This document shows positions 1 to 10,888 of a stretch of 64,000 nucleotides of DNA, piece by piece. Position 1 is the first letter of the stretch, and every line of letters begins with the position of its first letter. A program made the position numbers and the translations under genes. The notes under the pieces were generated by a model, which was not told the DNA's origin, searched no databases, and worked only from the letters and a program-made list of their open reading frames with translations. This DNA comes from Amphiscolops sp. MND2022 (taxonomy: Eukaryota), in the NCBI GenBank assembly GCA_964187785.1, contig OZ076416.1:12090001-12154000 (forward strand). Direction: 5' to 3'.

Positions 1-1
1 C

Positions 2-3000
2 GATACGGAAAGTTGTGAAGCTTACATCAGCCGGACTGTTGAACTACTGGCCAGCGTCGAGTCTACTGCTACAAACCCAAATAATGAGTTTTCTGATGAG
101 GCCAAAGCCAGTACAAGTTACCCGCTTGCAATCACTCCCGGGTTGAAAGAACTACTCCCCAATGAAGAAATGCCTGAAGGTGTCCCCAGAGTCGTGTTTT
201 TGGATAAGCCTGACGACAAAATCATCCCTACTGTAACAACCTCTGAGGGACAGAATGAACTAGTTATCCCTGACCGCGGTGTAGTAGTCACTCCCACTGC
301 TAGTACAGTTGTTCAACAGGAACAAACGGAGGAAGAAACAGCTGGAAGTATTTCAAATGATGAACAGCAGTCCAACCAGGTTCCCATGGACTACCGGTCC
401 CAAACTGATGAAGATACGTGTTTTGGAATGGAAACTGACACCGGTTCACTGGCGCGATCTACTCTCGCCCAAGCCCTATATCGCCCTGCTGAGGTCCAAA
501 ACATCACCTGTCCTGGAGGCTCTAGCAGTGAGTCTGTACCGTCAGAGGTACGTAAGGATCCTGGCCCAAACCTTTTGTCTGCTACTAGTAGGGTCATAAT
601 AAAACAGTGTTTTACTGAGACAAATCCAATCTGTCATGATCCTGGACATCCTGTCCTTGCGCTCAATCAAGAACAGATTACTAGCATCCTCAGGATCGTT
701 GCTGACGAAAGCGCAAAGGCTTCATTTGAGATGTTAAACAGTGTCGTTCAGCGGGCAAGTAAGCTGAATTTGGGCAGTAACACCAAATCTATGGCTCATC
801 GTTCCACTCATTCTGTCTCTGGGATAGATACTGACACGGATGTCGGTAGTGTGTCTGCTATTACATTTGACCCTCATAGGGACAATTCGAGCACCGGAGT
901 CACAAGCGAAGCAGAATCCCATCCAGACTTCCAGTCAAGCGTTACCTTACCTACGCCGCCTACGGTCGGGGATGCCGGTCTCGTAGACCCTGGGTCTAGA
1001 ACAGATTCACCAGCCATTTCTAGTCCTGGCACACAAACTCTTGCTGCTGTAAGAAAAGAAGCGATAAACGAGCAAAGGCAAACAGGTAAAAGGGTGACTG
1101 CTCGAATCAAGACTAGCGGACAAGGACGACCCAGGAGAAGAGTTGGTAGAGTCATGAAGGAGGAGTATTTCGAGTCTATGCCGTGGACCAGAGTTTTCGT
1201 TTCTGGTCAGGTTGACCCTAGATGGAACAAACACAAGATTTACTGTCAGATTTGCAAATGTAACGTTTCCATCCGAGCCAAGGGTCCTAAAGAGATCTTG
1301 CGACATTATGCTACTGAACGATATCTCCGAAAGGATCAGCGTTGGAGGTATGAATACCTCACGATTGAAGACCTCATGACCAAACGGCTGCGGTATCAAG
1401 TTAGAGGAAGGGATGGCAAAGTTCTCTCAAATTACCAATTGCAATTAGAACTACCCCATTTCATTGAGAGCGAATTGGTTGACATTGGCACTAAGCTGCC
1501 ATTCTATGATGACGCTATGGCTGGTAGAGACTATATGACCTCTTCTCCTCAAAACCGTGCCAGGATACAGATATCTGTGCTTGGGCATTTCCTTCCTTTG
1601 TCTGGGGACATCCAGGTCCTACGAGCGTCATGGCAACATATCGGGACAGTAGTCAACAATCAGGCAATCTTCAGTGACATAGACTGGGGTACTGCCAGGC
1701 ATTCAGTGAGTAATCTTCTGTTTTAACTTGGTTCTTTGCCTTTATACGAATGTAGTTTTCTGACTTTGACCAGATAGGCCGTCAATTGTAATCTTTTTCG
1801 CTACTACTTAGCGTTTTCTCACTATCTTTTACTCATTAAAGGTTTTGTTATAGGTGTTGTTTCATCACTTGTTTCAACAAATCATCACTATCCTTGGTAA
1901 CGAGATCCTCGCCGCAGGGCAGTATTCAGTAGAGTTTGAACCACAAGGGGTATTCTCACTACTCCATGTCCGATTTTGGAAAACTAACAGGCTGTGCCGC
2001 GTCTACTTGCTGAGGACTGGTAGGATCCATGGACAGACTTCCGCTGAGCTGCAACTAGTGGCTACACTCCTCGCTGCGATTTCCACTGAAGCTGATCTGG
2101 TCTGTTGTTCCGGTGCCACCCACAATCTTGTTCAGTTGCTAGATCGAGCGCCCTTTAGTCGACATGGTGTCCAACGACCAACGTTGTTCAATGAAATCAC
2201 CATCAAGAAACTGATGCATAAAGACAGTTACAGCGTGTTTGGACGAATTGATTTCTTTTCCGTCTTACAATACTTAGTCATTTGTCTTAGCGGCACCTTG
2301 CAGATGGAATGGACTTTGTTTACTCCAGAACTAACCAAGGTTAGACCTTTGGGATGTTCTCCTTTTATCAGCCTCAGTCCCTACCCTGCTTCAATGTAGT
2401 TTGCTTTCTAGGCAATTAAATCTGGCAAACTCGATGTGTCTGCAATTCCTTCGTTGTGCCAAGAGTTGATGGCCCACTGGAAATCAGTGACGGGATTTTT
2501 GTCCACTCACGCTGCTCAACAACAGATGCAGGGGGTCAGAAACCAGGTAGGTCGCGATTCTTCTTGTATACTCAGGGTCGATATTAGGCGTTCCTACTGC
2601 AGCTTTGTTTTCTTTCAGCCCCAAAACTTCAAGTGGTCTGTGATCCATGATGAATTTTTCCCTTGCCGACTTGAGCTTTCCGGAAAATTGGTGCGCGATT
2701 GTGAGTACTTTCATATAAATTTTTATTCGTAGAATTCTCTATTGGGACTGAGTAATTTGATATGGTATTTGGTATGGAATTTATCTGGTTTTCTTGCATC
2801 ACCCTATGAGTGTCCGAAGTTGCACTAGGTTTGATCATGTGATTGTACTGTGTGCTTAGCGCGTCTTCTGATCTCATAATGTCCTAATTTCCTGTTTCAG
2901 ATACTACCAACTTTTCTCTTAGTCTGAGTGGACGTCGAGACAGGGCTTTCTACTCCTTCCGGCAGCTCTGTTTGTACCTCCGTAAGTTGGCCAAACGCGT

Positions 3001-4045
3001 CGTCTTGCCTTCCGCTCTCCCAGAAGAGGATGAACTGGCCGAGATTTTGGATCTGGACGTTACGAAAGCACCAGCCTTGAGTGTGACTGTTTTCCTCAAT
3101 CGTATGAAGTTTGGTTCTAAATTGGACCAAGCTTATAAACTGAAGGCTGAACTAGAGCAACGTGACCAAAAAGGAGAAAAGACAAGTATTGCCGAGCTTA
3201 AGGAAAAGGCGAAAGAAGATTTCGGGAGATTAGCCAGAAGCTACACTACTCATTTGTTCAAAGAGACTCTAAGCCACTTCAACTTTACCACTAACATAGC
3301 TCAAGGATCGGGCAGCTTTGACCTTGAGATCATGTTGAAATCCCCTTTGACTTTGGCTACCCGGTGCTATAACAATTTGTTTACTACATTCAGACTGCGC
3401 AATTATTTCACCCTCGACCAGGAGTCTCAAGCCCAAGAGGAATATGTGTCCTTCATTGATGAAATGCGGCTGAAGTTCGCTGAGTTCGACCAACCTACAT
3501 TGTTAGTTCCTGATACGATTGATTTCCTTATGGAACAAACTACTCTAGCCACCCGTCCTCTTCTGTTGCAGAGTTTCAAGTTGGCCTGCCTTTGTTTGGA
3601 TGAGCAGTTTCGTCCTTTGACTCCAGTCAAGTTTAGTTCAATTAACACTGAAGATCCCACTAGTAAGTTGGTTGACGTCATCCTGCCGGTTCAGTCTTTC
3701 TTTAAGCATGTAGTCAATTCTATTGAGTCTGCTACTTCTGACGCTTCCATTTCCGAGTTCCTTGAATTGGAATCTTCCTTTGGTCGGAGTGCTTTAAGCG
3801 ACTCGTACAATCCGTGGACAGGAATGGACAATTTCGGAAGGACTACAATTCTGTCGAAGTTGGACCCTGGTAGCAAATTCAGGAGTGCAGCCGGAAAGGA
3901 AGGGGTCACTAGTTCTATCACCGTCCAGCAGTCTCCTAGTACTTTGCAATATTCCAAGAAGAATGTTCGTCCGACTACTCTGCTCTCTGACTCTGAAGTT
4001 TCCCAGGCTGCTAAAAGCCTACGCCAGTGCGGCAGTAAATACTAA
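2..4045 (+). CDS. Spliced gene (exons <2-1705, 1854-2339, 2412-2700, 2901-4045; at least 1207 aa): disordered N-terminus, C2H2/BED-like zinc finger, degenerate hAT-transposase-like body
   Basis: The frame is open from base 2. Three GT-AG introns join the ORF-track segments in frame: 1706-1853 (CA|GTGAGT...TTATAG|, phase 0), 2340-2411 (AAG|GTTAGA...TTTCTAG|, phase 0) and 2701-2900 (T|GTGAGT...CTAAT...TTTCAG|, phase 1). Zinc finger CQIC-x16-H-x5-(Y). YSVEFE...LHVRFW resembles the hAT FSL-x-x-DE...VRY region. Confidence 0.8.
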
Positions 4046-4194
4046 TTGTATATAGTGTACATATGTACACTTCTAAACTTTTGACTTTGTTGTAGTTTTT
4101 TGTATTTTTGTTTGTCTTTCATTATTGTATTTGTGTTGTAGTTGAGTCTAAAGTCAGATTGGTCTCAGAGTCAAAATAGTAAATGGGGACCAGC

Positions 4195-4200
4195 AATAAA
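4195..4200 (+). terminator. Putative polyadenylation signal of the antisense cargo gene
   Basis: AATAAA about 150 nt after the cargo stop codon, following a T-rich 3' UTR, and 9 nt from the pol stop codon on the other strand. Confidence 0.45.
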
Positions 4201-4209
4201 TGTATCTGG

Positions 4210-4929
4210 CTAATATCTGTATTCATCAGTGAAGTTGGGGATGGGGTTAGGTCGTAAGTTGTATTTTCCTCCCCTAGGGCTTTCAGTTTCTACAATCATA
4301 TCATCATTTTCACTTTCTAATACTGCGGGCACGATAGTATCGCTCCCCCCTGAAGAAGTTTTATCATCATGGAAAGATTGAGCATCATCTTCTTGTGATA
4401 TGGGGTTGGGAAAAATTTCGTCAGTCATCGTACGTCCAGTGGACCGAAGGTCCACAACTGTTAAAATTTGGTCAGGCTGTTCTACAGCTTCACTGGCATC
4501 ATTACTTTTAGTAGTTCGTTCATTGTTTTGATCGTAGGTCTCAGTACGATGATCAGCCTGTAGGTCGCCAAAATTGGTTTCCCATGTGATAACGTATAGA
4601 TCATCTTGAGAAATAACAATTTCTTCATCCGGCTGTAAGTTGCCTTCGGGTCGTTCGTCACGTAACGGGACGTTGGGTTCATATTTTCGGAGGCGAATGC
4701 GATGTAAAATTAGTGTTTTGTTAGAGTTGAGTTTGCGCATAATATAGTTTTCGTTAGGCAGAACTTGTTCGATGACATAGGGGCCTATCCATCTAAATTC
4801 TCTAAATGGGATTTTTGATCCTTGATGATCAGCTATAGGTTGCAGTATAAAACAATAATCATTTTGCTTTAAAGGCGAGGCTTTAGTTTTCCGGTCGTAA
4901 TATTCCTTATATTTAAAGTAGGATTGCAT
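4210..4929 (-). pseudogene. Integrase C-terminal region (GPY/F module), separated from the rest of pol by a frameshift in an A10 run near 4935
   Basis: WIGPYVIEQV is a GPY/F motif. TKKNIMQSYFKYKEYYDRK continues the upstream pol frame if one A is removed. Confidence 0.85.
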
Positions 4930-7540
4930 GATGTTTTTTTTTCGTATTATCTAGTAAAATTTGCGTTCGTCGTTGAAATTCTCCTGCAAAATCAGTCGTT
5001 GGTAAGATGGTAGGATTTGGATTGAGTCCTAATTTGTGATCGAGAATGTTGTATGGTATTCTGCCATGAAAAATCCTTGAAGGCTCACAGCCCAATGTCG
5101 AATGGTATGATGTATTGTAGTTTAGTACCGCTAAGGGTAAATATTTATGCCACTGACGTCTATACTCCCCTGAGGCCATTTTGAGATTTGTTTTGAGACT
5201 TGCATGAGTTCTCTCCAATTTCCCTATGGTCTGCGGGTGTTTTGTTGTCGCACAACGAATCTGAGTTCCCAGTATCTGCGCAATTTCAGCTACCAACTTC
5301 GAAGTGAATGCAGATCCTTTGTCGGTTATCAAAGTTGTCGGTAAAAAGGTGTGTTTGGTCATTATGTCAATAATAACCTTGGCCGTATTTGCTGCTGATG
5401 CGTCAGTGACCGGGTAGGCAAAAAGATATCGTGAGAAGACGTCCATAGCGGTAATAATATTCTCGTATCCGCCACTTGGCGGGAGGTTCGGTAAGAGGTC
5501 TATTTGCATTGCGTCTTCTGGACCTAAGGTCCATTCCGGTAGATTTTGTAGCTCAGGAGTTATCAATTCATTGCTGATTCTCTTGTCTTTAATGCATGTT
5601 TCGCATCCATTTACCCATTTGCGGACTAGTTTTGCTATCCCTGGGTAGTAATATTTACATCGTTTTTCTTGGAGCATCTTGGCAAAGCCTGGATGTCGAT
5701 TTGCCTTTCCGTGGAGTGGTTCGAGTAGTTCATTCACTAGGTGTTTAGGAAAGAGTATTTGATTGTATTTGACGTTTCCTGTTTCATCATAATATTGTCT
5801 GGTGATGATGTCGTTCTGATTGGACAGGCGGTCCAACTGACGTATGCAGTGTTGGTATCTAATATCTTGTATGAGAATTGTTTCAGAGTACTCTTCTTTT
5901 TGTAATTTGAGTTTACGTTGCTGTAAGATGACGTCGCTATTTTGTTCTATGGCTACAGTGTTGATGTTAGTCAATTTTTGGCAGATTGAAAGTCTTTGCG
6001 CGATGCTGTGATGGATGCTAAATTTTTCAAACGATATATCTGGTGACTGATGGGAGGGGTTTTCTCTTGCCAGTTGCTTTCGTTGCCAGATTTGTTCTTC
6101 AGTTTCATTGTCATCGTCAGTGTAGTATATTTGTTCTTCCTCGGCGACACCATCTGATTGGACATGGCGTTCAATTGGTGTTGTTGGTATATCTTCACGA
6201 ATTCTAATGATCAGCTTCTCTTTAGGAGAGATTTCCAGGGGGGACAGGTAGTCCGCGGCTGTGTTGTTCTTGCCAGGAATGTGGGCAATAGTGAAATTGA
6301 ATTGTATAACATAGTCACACGCGTTCCATAAGGATGGTGGAATGATTTTTGTTTGAAAAAATCTTGTGACTGACTTATTGTCCGTTAGTATGATCACCGG
6401 CTTTGGAGTCCCCCAGAAAATGTGTCCAAATTCTTTGAATGCAAAGAAAATTGCTAGGAATTCTCTGGCGTAAATGGACATCTTGAGTTGTGCGGGACTG
6501 AAAGTCTTGGAGCCGTAGGCAACCGGTGCGTATGCCTTCCTTGTTGATGTAAATTTCTCAAGCGGATCGTCCTCGATGAGAACTGCGTATCCGGCTGCCG
6601 TAAAGCTCGCATCAGTCATCAAGGCGATTTGCTTGTTGGGCAGAGGTTGTTTAAGTGCTAGTTCACAACATCGATCGAGTGCTTTGTTAATTTCGGAGAA
6701 TTTGTCCAATAGGTCCGGGGTTACCATGACCTTCTCGTCTTTAGTGAGCAATTTGAAAAATGGTGTTAGTCTTTCGGATAATCTCGGACTGTAATTTCGA
6801 TAATAATTTAAGAATCCCAGGTAGCGCTGTAATGCCTTCTTTGATTTCGTGAATTTTGTTTTTTCCAGGAAATTTTGGACTCGTGGTCGTTGTGGACGTA
6901 CGCCGTCCGGAGTGATGGTTCGACCCAGGAAGTCGATTTCCGTTGCTCCGAAATGGCACTTGTGCGTAGTGAGCTTCAAGCCGGCATGTCTAATGCATTG
7001 GAAAGTGGCCCGGAGATTTTTGATAAGTTGTTCTGCATCATTGGCGGCAATGCCAATATCATCGACGTATTGCGCGCATTGATCGGCTTTAATGACTTTG
7101 TCGAGGTATTCTCGCATGAAGCTGGAAAAGGCTGACAATGCACCGCTGGGGCCTTGGGCTAATCTGCGGTAGGCGAAAGTTCTGCTAACGAAATTGAACG
7201 CCAACATCTCAATGGACCGTTGGTCTGCCATTGGCAGGCAATGGTATGCTTGTGAACAGTCTAGTTTGCAAAAGAGTTTTTTGCCTGCCATGTGTTGAGC
7301 TGCATCACTTAGCGTACTGACAGGATGATTATTGTTGATATAGTCATCCGAAATGAGGTTGTTTGTTTTCCGAAGGTCGACTAATAATCGCAATTTACCA
7401 TTTGGTTTCTTTTGTGCAAAAATGGGACTGGCATATTTGGAGAATGGGAGTGTTGTGATGGTTCCATAGCGTTGTAGTAAAGCGAGTTCAACGAGGATGT
7501 CTTCCTTGAGGTTGATAGGTGTTGGTAAGCTTTGGCTATA
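4913..7540 (-). pseudogene. pol: pol: reverse transcriptase, RNase H, integrase zinc finger and DDE core
   Basis: KLDCSQAYH, QYVDD (RT catalytic), MTDAS and TDNK (RNase H), H-x6-H...CETC, DLLP...MDVFSRY, TDKGSAF and GKLERTH (integrase). The frame extends to about 7540 (YSQSLPTPINLKEDILVELALLQRYG); a 1-nt deletion separates it from the protease ORF. Confidence 0.95.
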
Positions 7541-8994
7541 GGCCGGGAATCGTCTTTCGGCGTAAGTTTAACCGTAAATTCCTCAATGCGTGTAATTTCA
7601 TGCGGTTGGAGCATTGAGTCTGTCCAGTCAAAGTTAGTCAGGAATCGTCGTTTGGACTCAGGGTCGTCCTGAGGATTTGATTTTTCAAGTTCCTGGAGGT
7701 TGAGTAGTTCCTCCAAAATGCGTTTTTGAATAGGCGTATGTTGTTGTGGGTCCCCTGGGTCTTCGGGAGTTGGGAACCAGTAATTATCTGGGAAATTATC
7801 TGGTTTAGAAGATTTAATCAAGCTGCTGACATAGATAGCAGCATTTTCAGGATCGTCCTGTAAGAGGTGCCATGTGGTCACTGGGTCAATGGGTTTAACG
7901 TATTTCATCTGCGCTGGAGTCATGACAGAGAAATTGGCGATGTGCGAACCTCTCTTGAGGGTATAAGGGTGGTCAGTGAAATTATTCAGAGGAATTTCAA
8001 CTTGACCTGCGGTCAGTGTGACCAATGCCGCACAAAAGGCGACGTCACCATCCTCAGTGAGTGCTTTACTCGGTTGAAGGTTACCAGTTACCGTGGTATC
8101 ATCATACATCTGGGATGTCAGTGAGATTATTTGTCTATCATTAGGGGGAATTGTAATATCCTCCTGAGTACATATAGGCTCCATGACGTTGGTGTACTTG
8201 TGATCCTCCGTTTTTAATTGCATGGAGAAAAACGGGAAATTTAGGACTCCCTGACGCATGTCCAGGATGGTATTGTTTCGTTGTAAGAACGAAAGGCCAA
8301 TCAATGGACTTGTGAGTTTTTCCATGACAATGAAGATTTCGTGAAATTCTATGTCGCCGACCTCAAACTTCAATTCGACAGTGCTCTTTGGAGTCTCTAG
8401 CTGCCCATTGGCTACCATTATTTGGAAATTTGGTGCTGGGCCCTCTTTGACAATTGACTGAGGGGCTAATAATCGGATTTTACGTAGATCAGATTCGGGG
8501 ATTGCGCTAGATAGGGCTCCCGTGTCTACAAGGCCATCTAATGTAAGTTCGCCAAAATCCATTGGAAAATAGAGCATTCGTCGTTTGTATTTGAGTCCCA
8601 GATTGGTAGTCAGCGGCACATAGTCTGGTTCGCCTAGTCTGGTGACCAGTGTATTTACGAATTGCGCCTCAACGGCCGTCGTCAAAGAGACCTGTTGGTC
8701 GAAATTTTTTAACGGATTGTCCTGGCGAAGTGGTGCTGGCAAGGCACAGGGATTGGGTTTTGTTTGCCAGGGATCAACTGACGCATTGGTCAAGGTTCCA
8801 TTGAGAACCTCGTCTATGGCGAGGCAATCAGGTTCGATTTCTAGCGGGGATTTGTTGAAGTTGGTATAAAAATATAGATGATGTGGATTGTAGAGGTGAT
8901 CATCCCAGTAGGGGTCAGTGCCGTAATCCGGGTCTGGATAATAGGGATTATAGTCTAGTATCTCCGGTAGAGGAATGATGGAGTATGAAGCGAG
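7541..8994 (-). pseudogene. pol N-terminus: aspartic protease followed by a degenerate dUTPase-like domain
   Basis: LVDTGALSSAI is a retropepsin D-T-G motif. Downstream ITIPPNDRQII...GQVEIPLNNFTDHPYTLKRGSHIANF resembles the dUTPase fold. The frame is open from about 8994. Confidence 0.85.
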
Positions 8995-9181
8995 TCAAGT
9001 CCGTTGGACCTAAGGTCCGAAGTACAAAATTGAGTAGGGGTGACTCTCATTTGCTGCTGCCAGTCAGCCGATGAGATGCCCCTAAGTGTTGAATAATATT
9101 CAGTGTAGAATATAGTAGCAGGGTCAGAAATTATATACTGTCTGACACGTAGTTTTTCATTAAATTGGAGTCGTGGCAAAT

Positions 9182-10888
9182 CTAGTTTTTTGGGTTTTTT
9201 AAAATAGAAGAAAGTTGCTTGTTGTTGGTATCATGTGAGTTGGTGGGCGCATCATCTTGTTTTGCGTCCTCCAATATGAGGTTTTTGGGCTTGAGGTGGG
9301 CTCCAGCGCCTTTCCAACATCGTTCCGCCGGGTGGTTTGTTTTGTCGCAAGTTGGACATTTTGGATATTCTTTTTTGTTATCCTGTCCGTCGTTGCGTCT
9401 TTGTTCCTCTTTTCGTTTGAGTTTTCGGCAGTCATCTTTGACGTGGCCAGGTTTTTTGCAGTAGTTGCAGGTGACATTGGGATCAATGCCGGAAATAAGG
9501 AGGCCAGTTCCCGGTCGTGTCGCTGTAGGGGCAGTAGACATTGTAGGTACAGTAATGTCGTCACCTGCCTCAAGTCCGTTGAGTTCTAGTTCGCGTTCCA
9601 AATGGGTAACGATCTCTTCAAATGAGGCGTTCTCAAGCCGTGCCATATTTACCGATCTCTTGAGTTTGGGGGGCAGTTTGGCGTATAAAAGGCTGTCGAT
9701 CATTGCTTGGGCATTTTCGTCAAACGCTTTTTCTGCTCCCTGGTTGAGTTCCTCAAGGAAATCTGGAAGTTTCATAGTGTTGGGGTCGAACACTAGTTTA
9801 TGCCATTTGTGTTTGGCAGTGGCTTGAGATTCCGGCCTGACGTACTTTCGTCGGAAGACCGCAAGGACGTCTTCCAGTGTCTGTCTATTGGCGGAGTTGA
9901 TATTACGAAAGGTTTGTAGTGCATTTTTACGTAAGAGGGAATGGAAGTGGTTAATCTTCATTGTTTCAGTCATTTCTGGTTGCATTTTTGTCATTGTATG
10001 AAAAAGATCTTCAAAAAGTTCAAATTTTTTAGATTTCCCGTCAAAGGTCAGTGTAGTTGTGCTGACAGGTCGTACCATGAGTGTTTGTGGGGTTTGCTTA
10101 TTGTTCATACCCGTTAAAACGTCAGCAAGGCGTGTGAGAGGGTCTCTAGCCGGGTTGGGACCAATAGCCTCCTGGTTTTGGGGTGACGTAGTAGGAGACA
10201 TAGGATCTACGGGGCCTTGGATTTGCGGGTTATCTCGGGACTGTGTGGGTCGTCCAGTGAGAAACTCAGGAACCATACGAGGGGTAGGGTTGGCTCCTGT
10301 CACCATGTCGTGATCATCCCTACGGTCCAATGAGCTTATTGAGCTGTCTCTAGAACGGGGAGAATTGTTTAAGTCTGACTGTACTCTATTTTGGGTATTC
10401 CCCCAAGCACTTTGGTGCTTTTTGCCTTCGGTGTTCCTGCTTAGTCTACTGGACCTTGAGTCCACATTTGTCCCTATCCCGCTATTTTGTCCTGACAATG
10501 AATTTTGGATTGAAGGAAGGATTGAATCATGAATTGCAGAATTAATAGACTCTGTGATTTGTGTGTCCAAATTCCTTTTCAGTTCATCCATTTTCCTATT
10601 CATTTGATAAGATATTTCCTCAGAAATGAGCCTATTGGTTTCCATAGTCATTTCACATCTATTTCTATCTTCTGAAGCTGATAGCGTCCTAAAATCCTCA
10701 CAATTTCTGACCATGTCGGTCCTTGTCCCATTAGACCTTGAGTCCACTTCTACATTTTCATTCAGATCGACGTCTGATTGATTTTCCGGGTAATTTCCCA
10801 ACATGACATTCATATTTTCAAGATCAGACATTACGTCTGATTGCCTTGACCGCTTTTCCCTTGCTTTTTGCATTCTTGTGGAAGGCAT
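9182..10888 (-). CDS. gag: Gag (568 aa) with two CX2CX4HX4C zinc knuckles
   Basis: Intact ORF with CNYCKKPGHVKDDC and CPTCDKTNHPAERC, located immediately upstream of pol. Confidence 0.92.
   Translation of the reverse strand: MPSTRMQKAREKRSRQSDVMSDLENMNVMLGNYPENQSDVDLNENVEVDSRSNGTRTDMVRNCEDFRTLSASEDRNRCEMTMETNRLISEEISYQMNRKMDELKRNLDTQITESINSAIHDSILPSIQNSLSGQNSGIGTNVDSRSSRLSRNTEGKKHQSAWGNTQNRVQSDLNNSPRSRDSSISSLDRRDDHDMVTGANPTPRMVPEFLTGRPTQSRDNPQIQGPVDPMSPTTSPQNQEAIGPNPARDPLTRLADVLTGMNNKQTPQTLMVRPVSTTTLTFDGKSKKFELFEDLFHTMTKMQPEMTETMKINHFHSLLRKNALQTFRNINSANRQTLEDVLAVFRRKYVRPESQATAKHKWHKLVFDPNTMKLPDFLEELNQGAEKAFDENAQAMIDSLLYAKLPPKLKRSVNMARLENASFEEIVTHLERELELNGLEAGDDITVPTMSTAPTATRPGTGLLISGIDPNVTCNYCKKPGHVKDDCRKLKRKEEQRRNDGQDNKKEYPKCPTCDKTNHPAERCWKGAGAHLKPKNLILEDAKQDDAPTNSHDTNNKQLSSILKNPKN
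9185..9200 (-). promoter_or_regulatory. Tandem -1 ribosomal frameshift slippery heptamers at the gag/pol junction
   Basis: TTA AAA AAC CCA AAA AAC TAG contains two A_AAA_AAC heptamers in the gag frame just before the stop. The -1 frame continues open (KLDLPRLQF...) to 8955. Confidence 0.7.
10294..10305 (-). promoter_or_regulatory. Primer binding site (TGGTGACAGGAG), tRNA-Leu-like, lying inside the gag ORF
   Basis: It follows the LTR terminus ...CACGACA directly. It matches 11 of the first 12 nt of the complement of the vertebrate-type tRNA-Leu(CAG) 3' end (TGGTGTCAGGAG), recalled from memory. Confidence 0.65.

Noticed and set aside
2548-2576. Possible extra mini-intron (CAG|GTAGGT...CTCAG|) in cargo exon 3
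   Set aside because: It is only about 29 nt, its removal would shift the frame, and the frame is already open through it.
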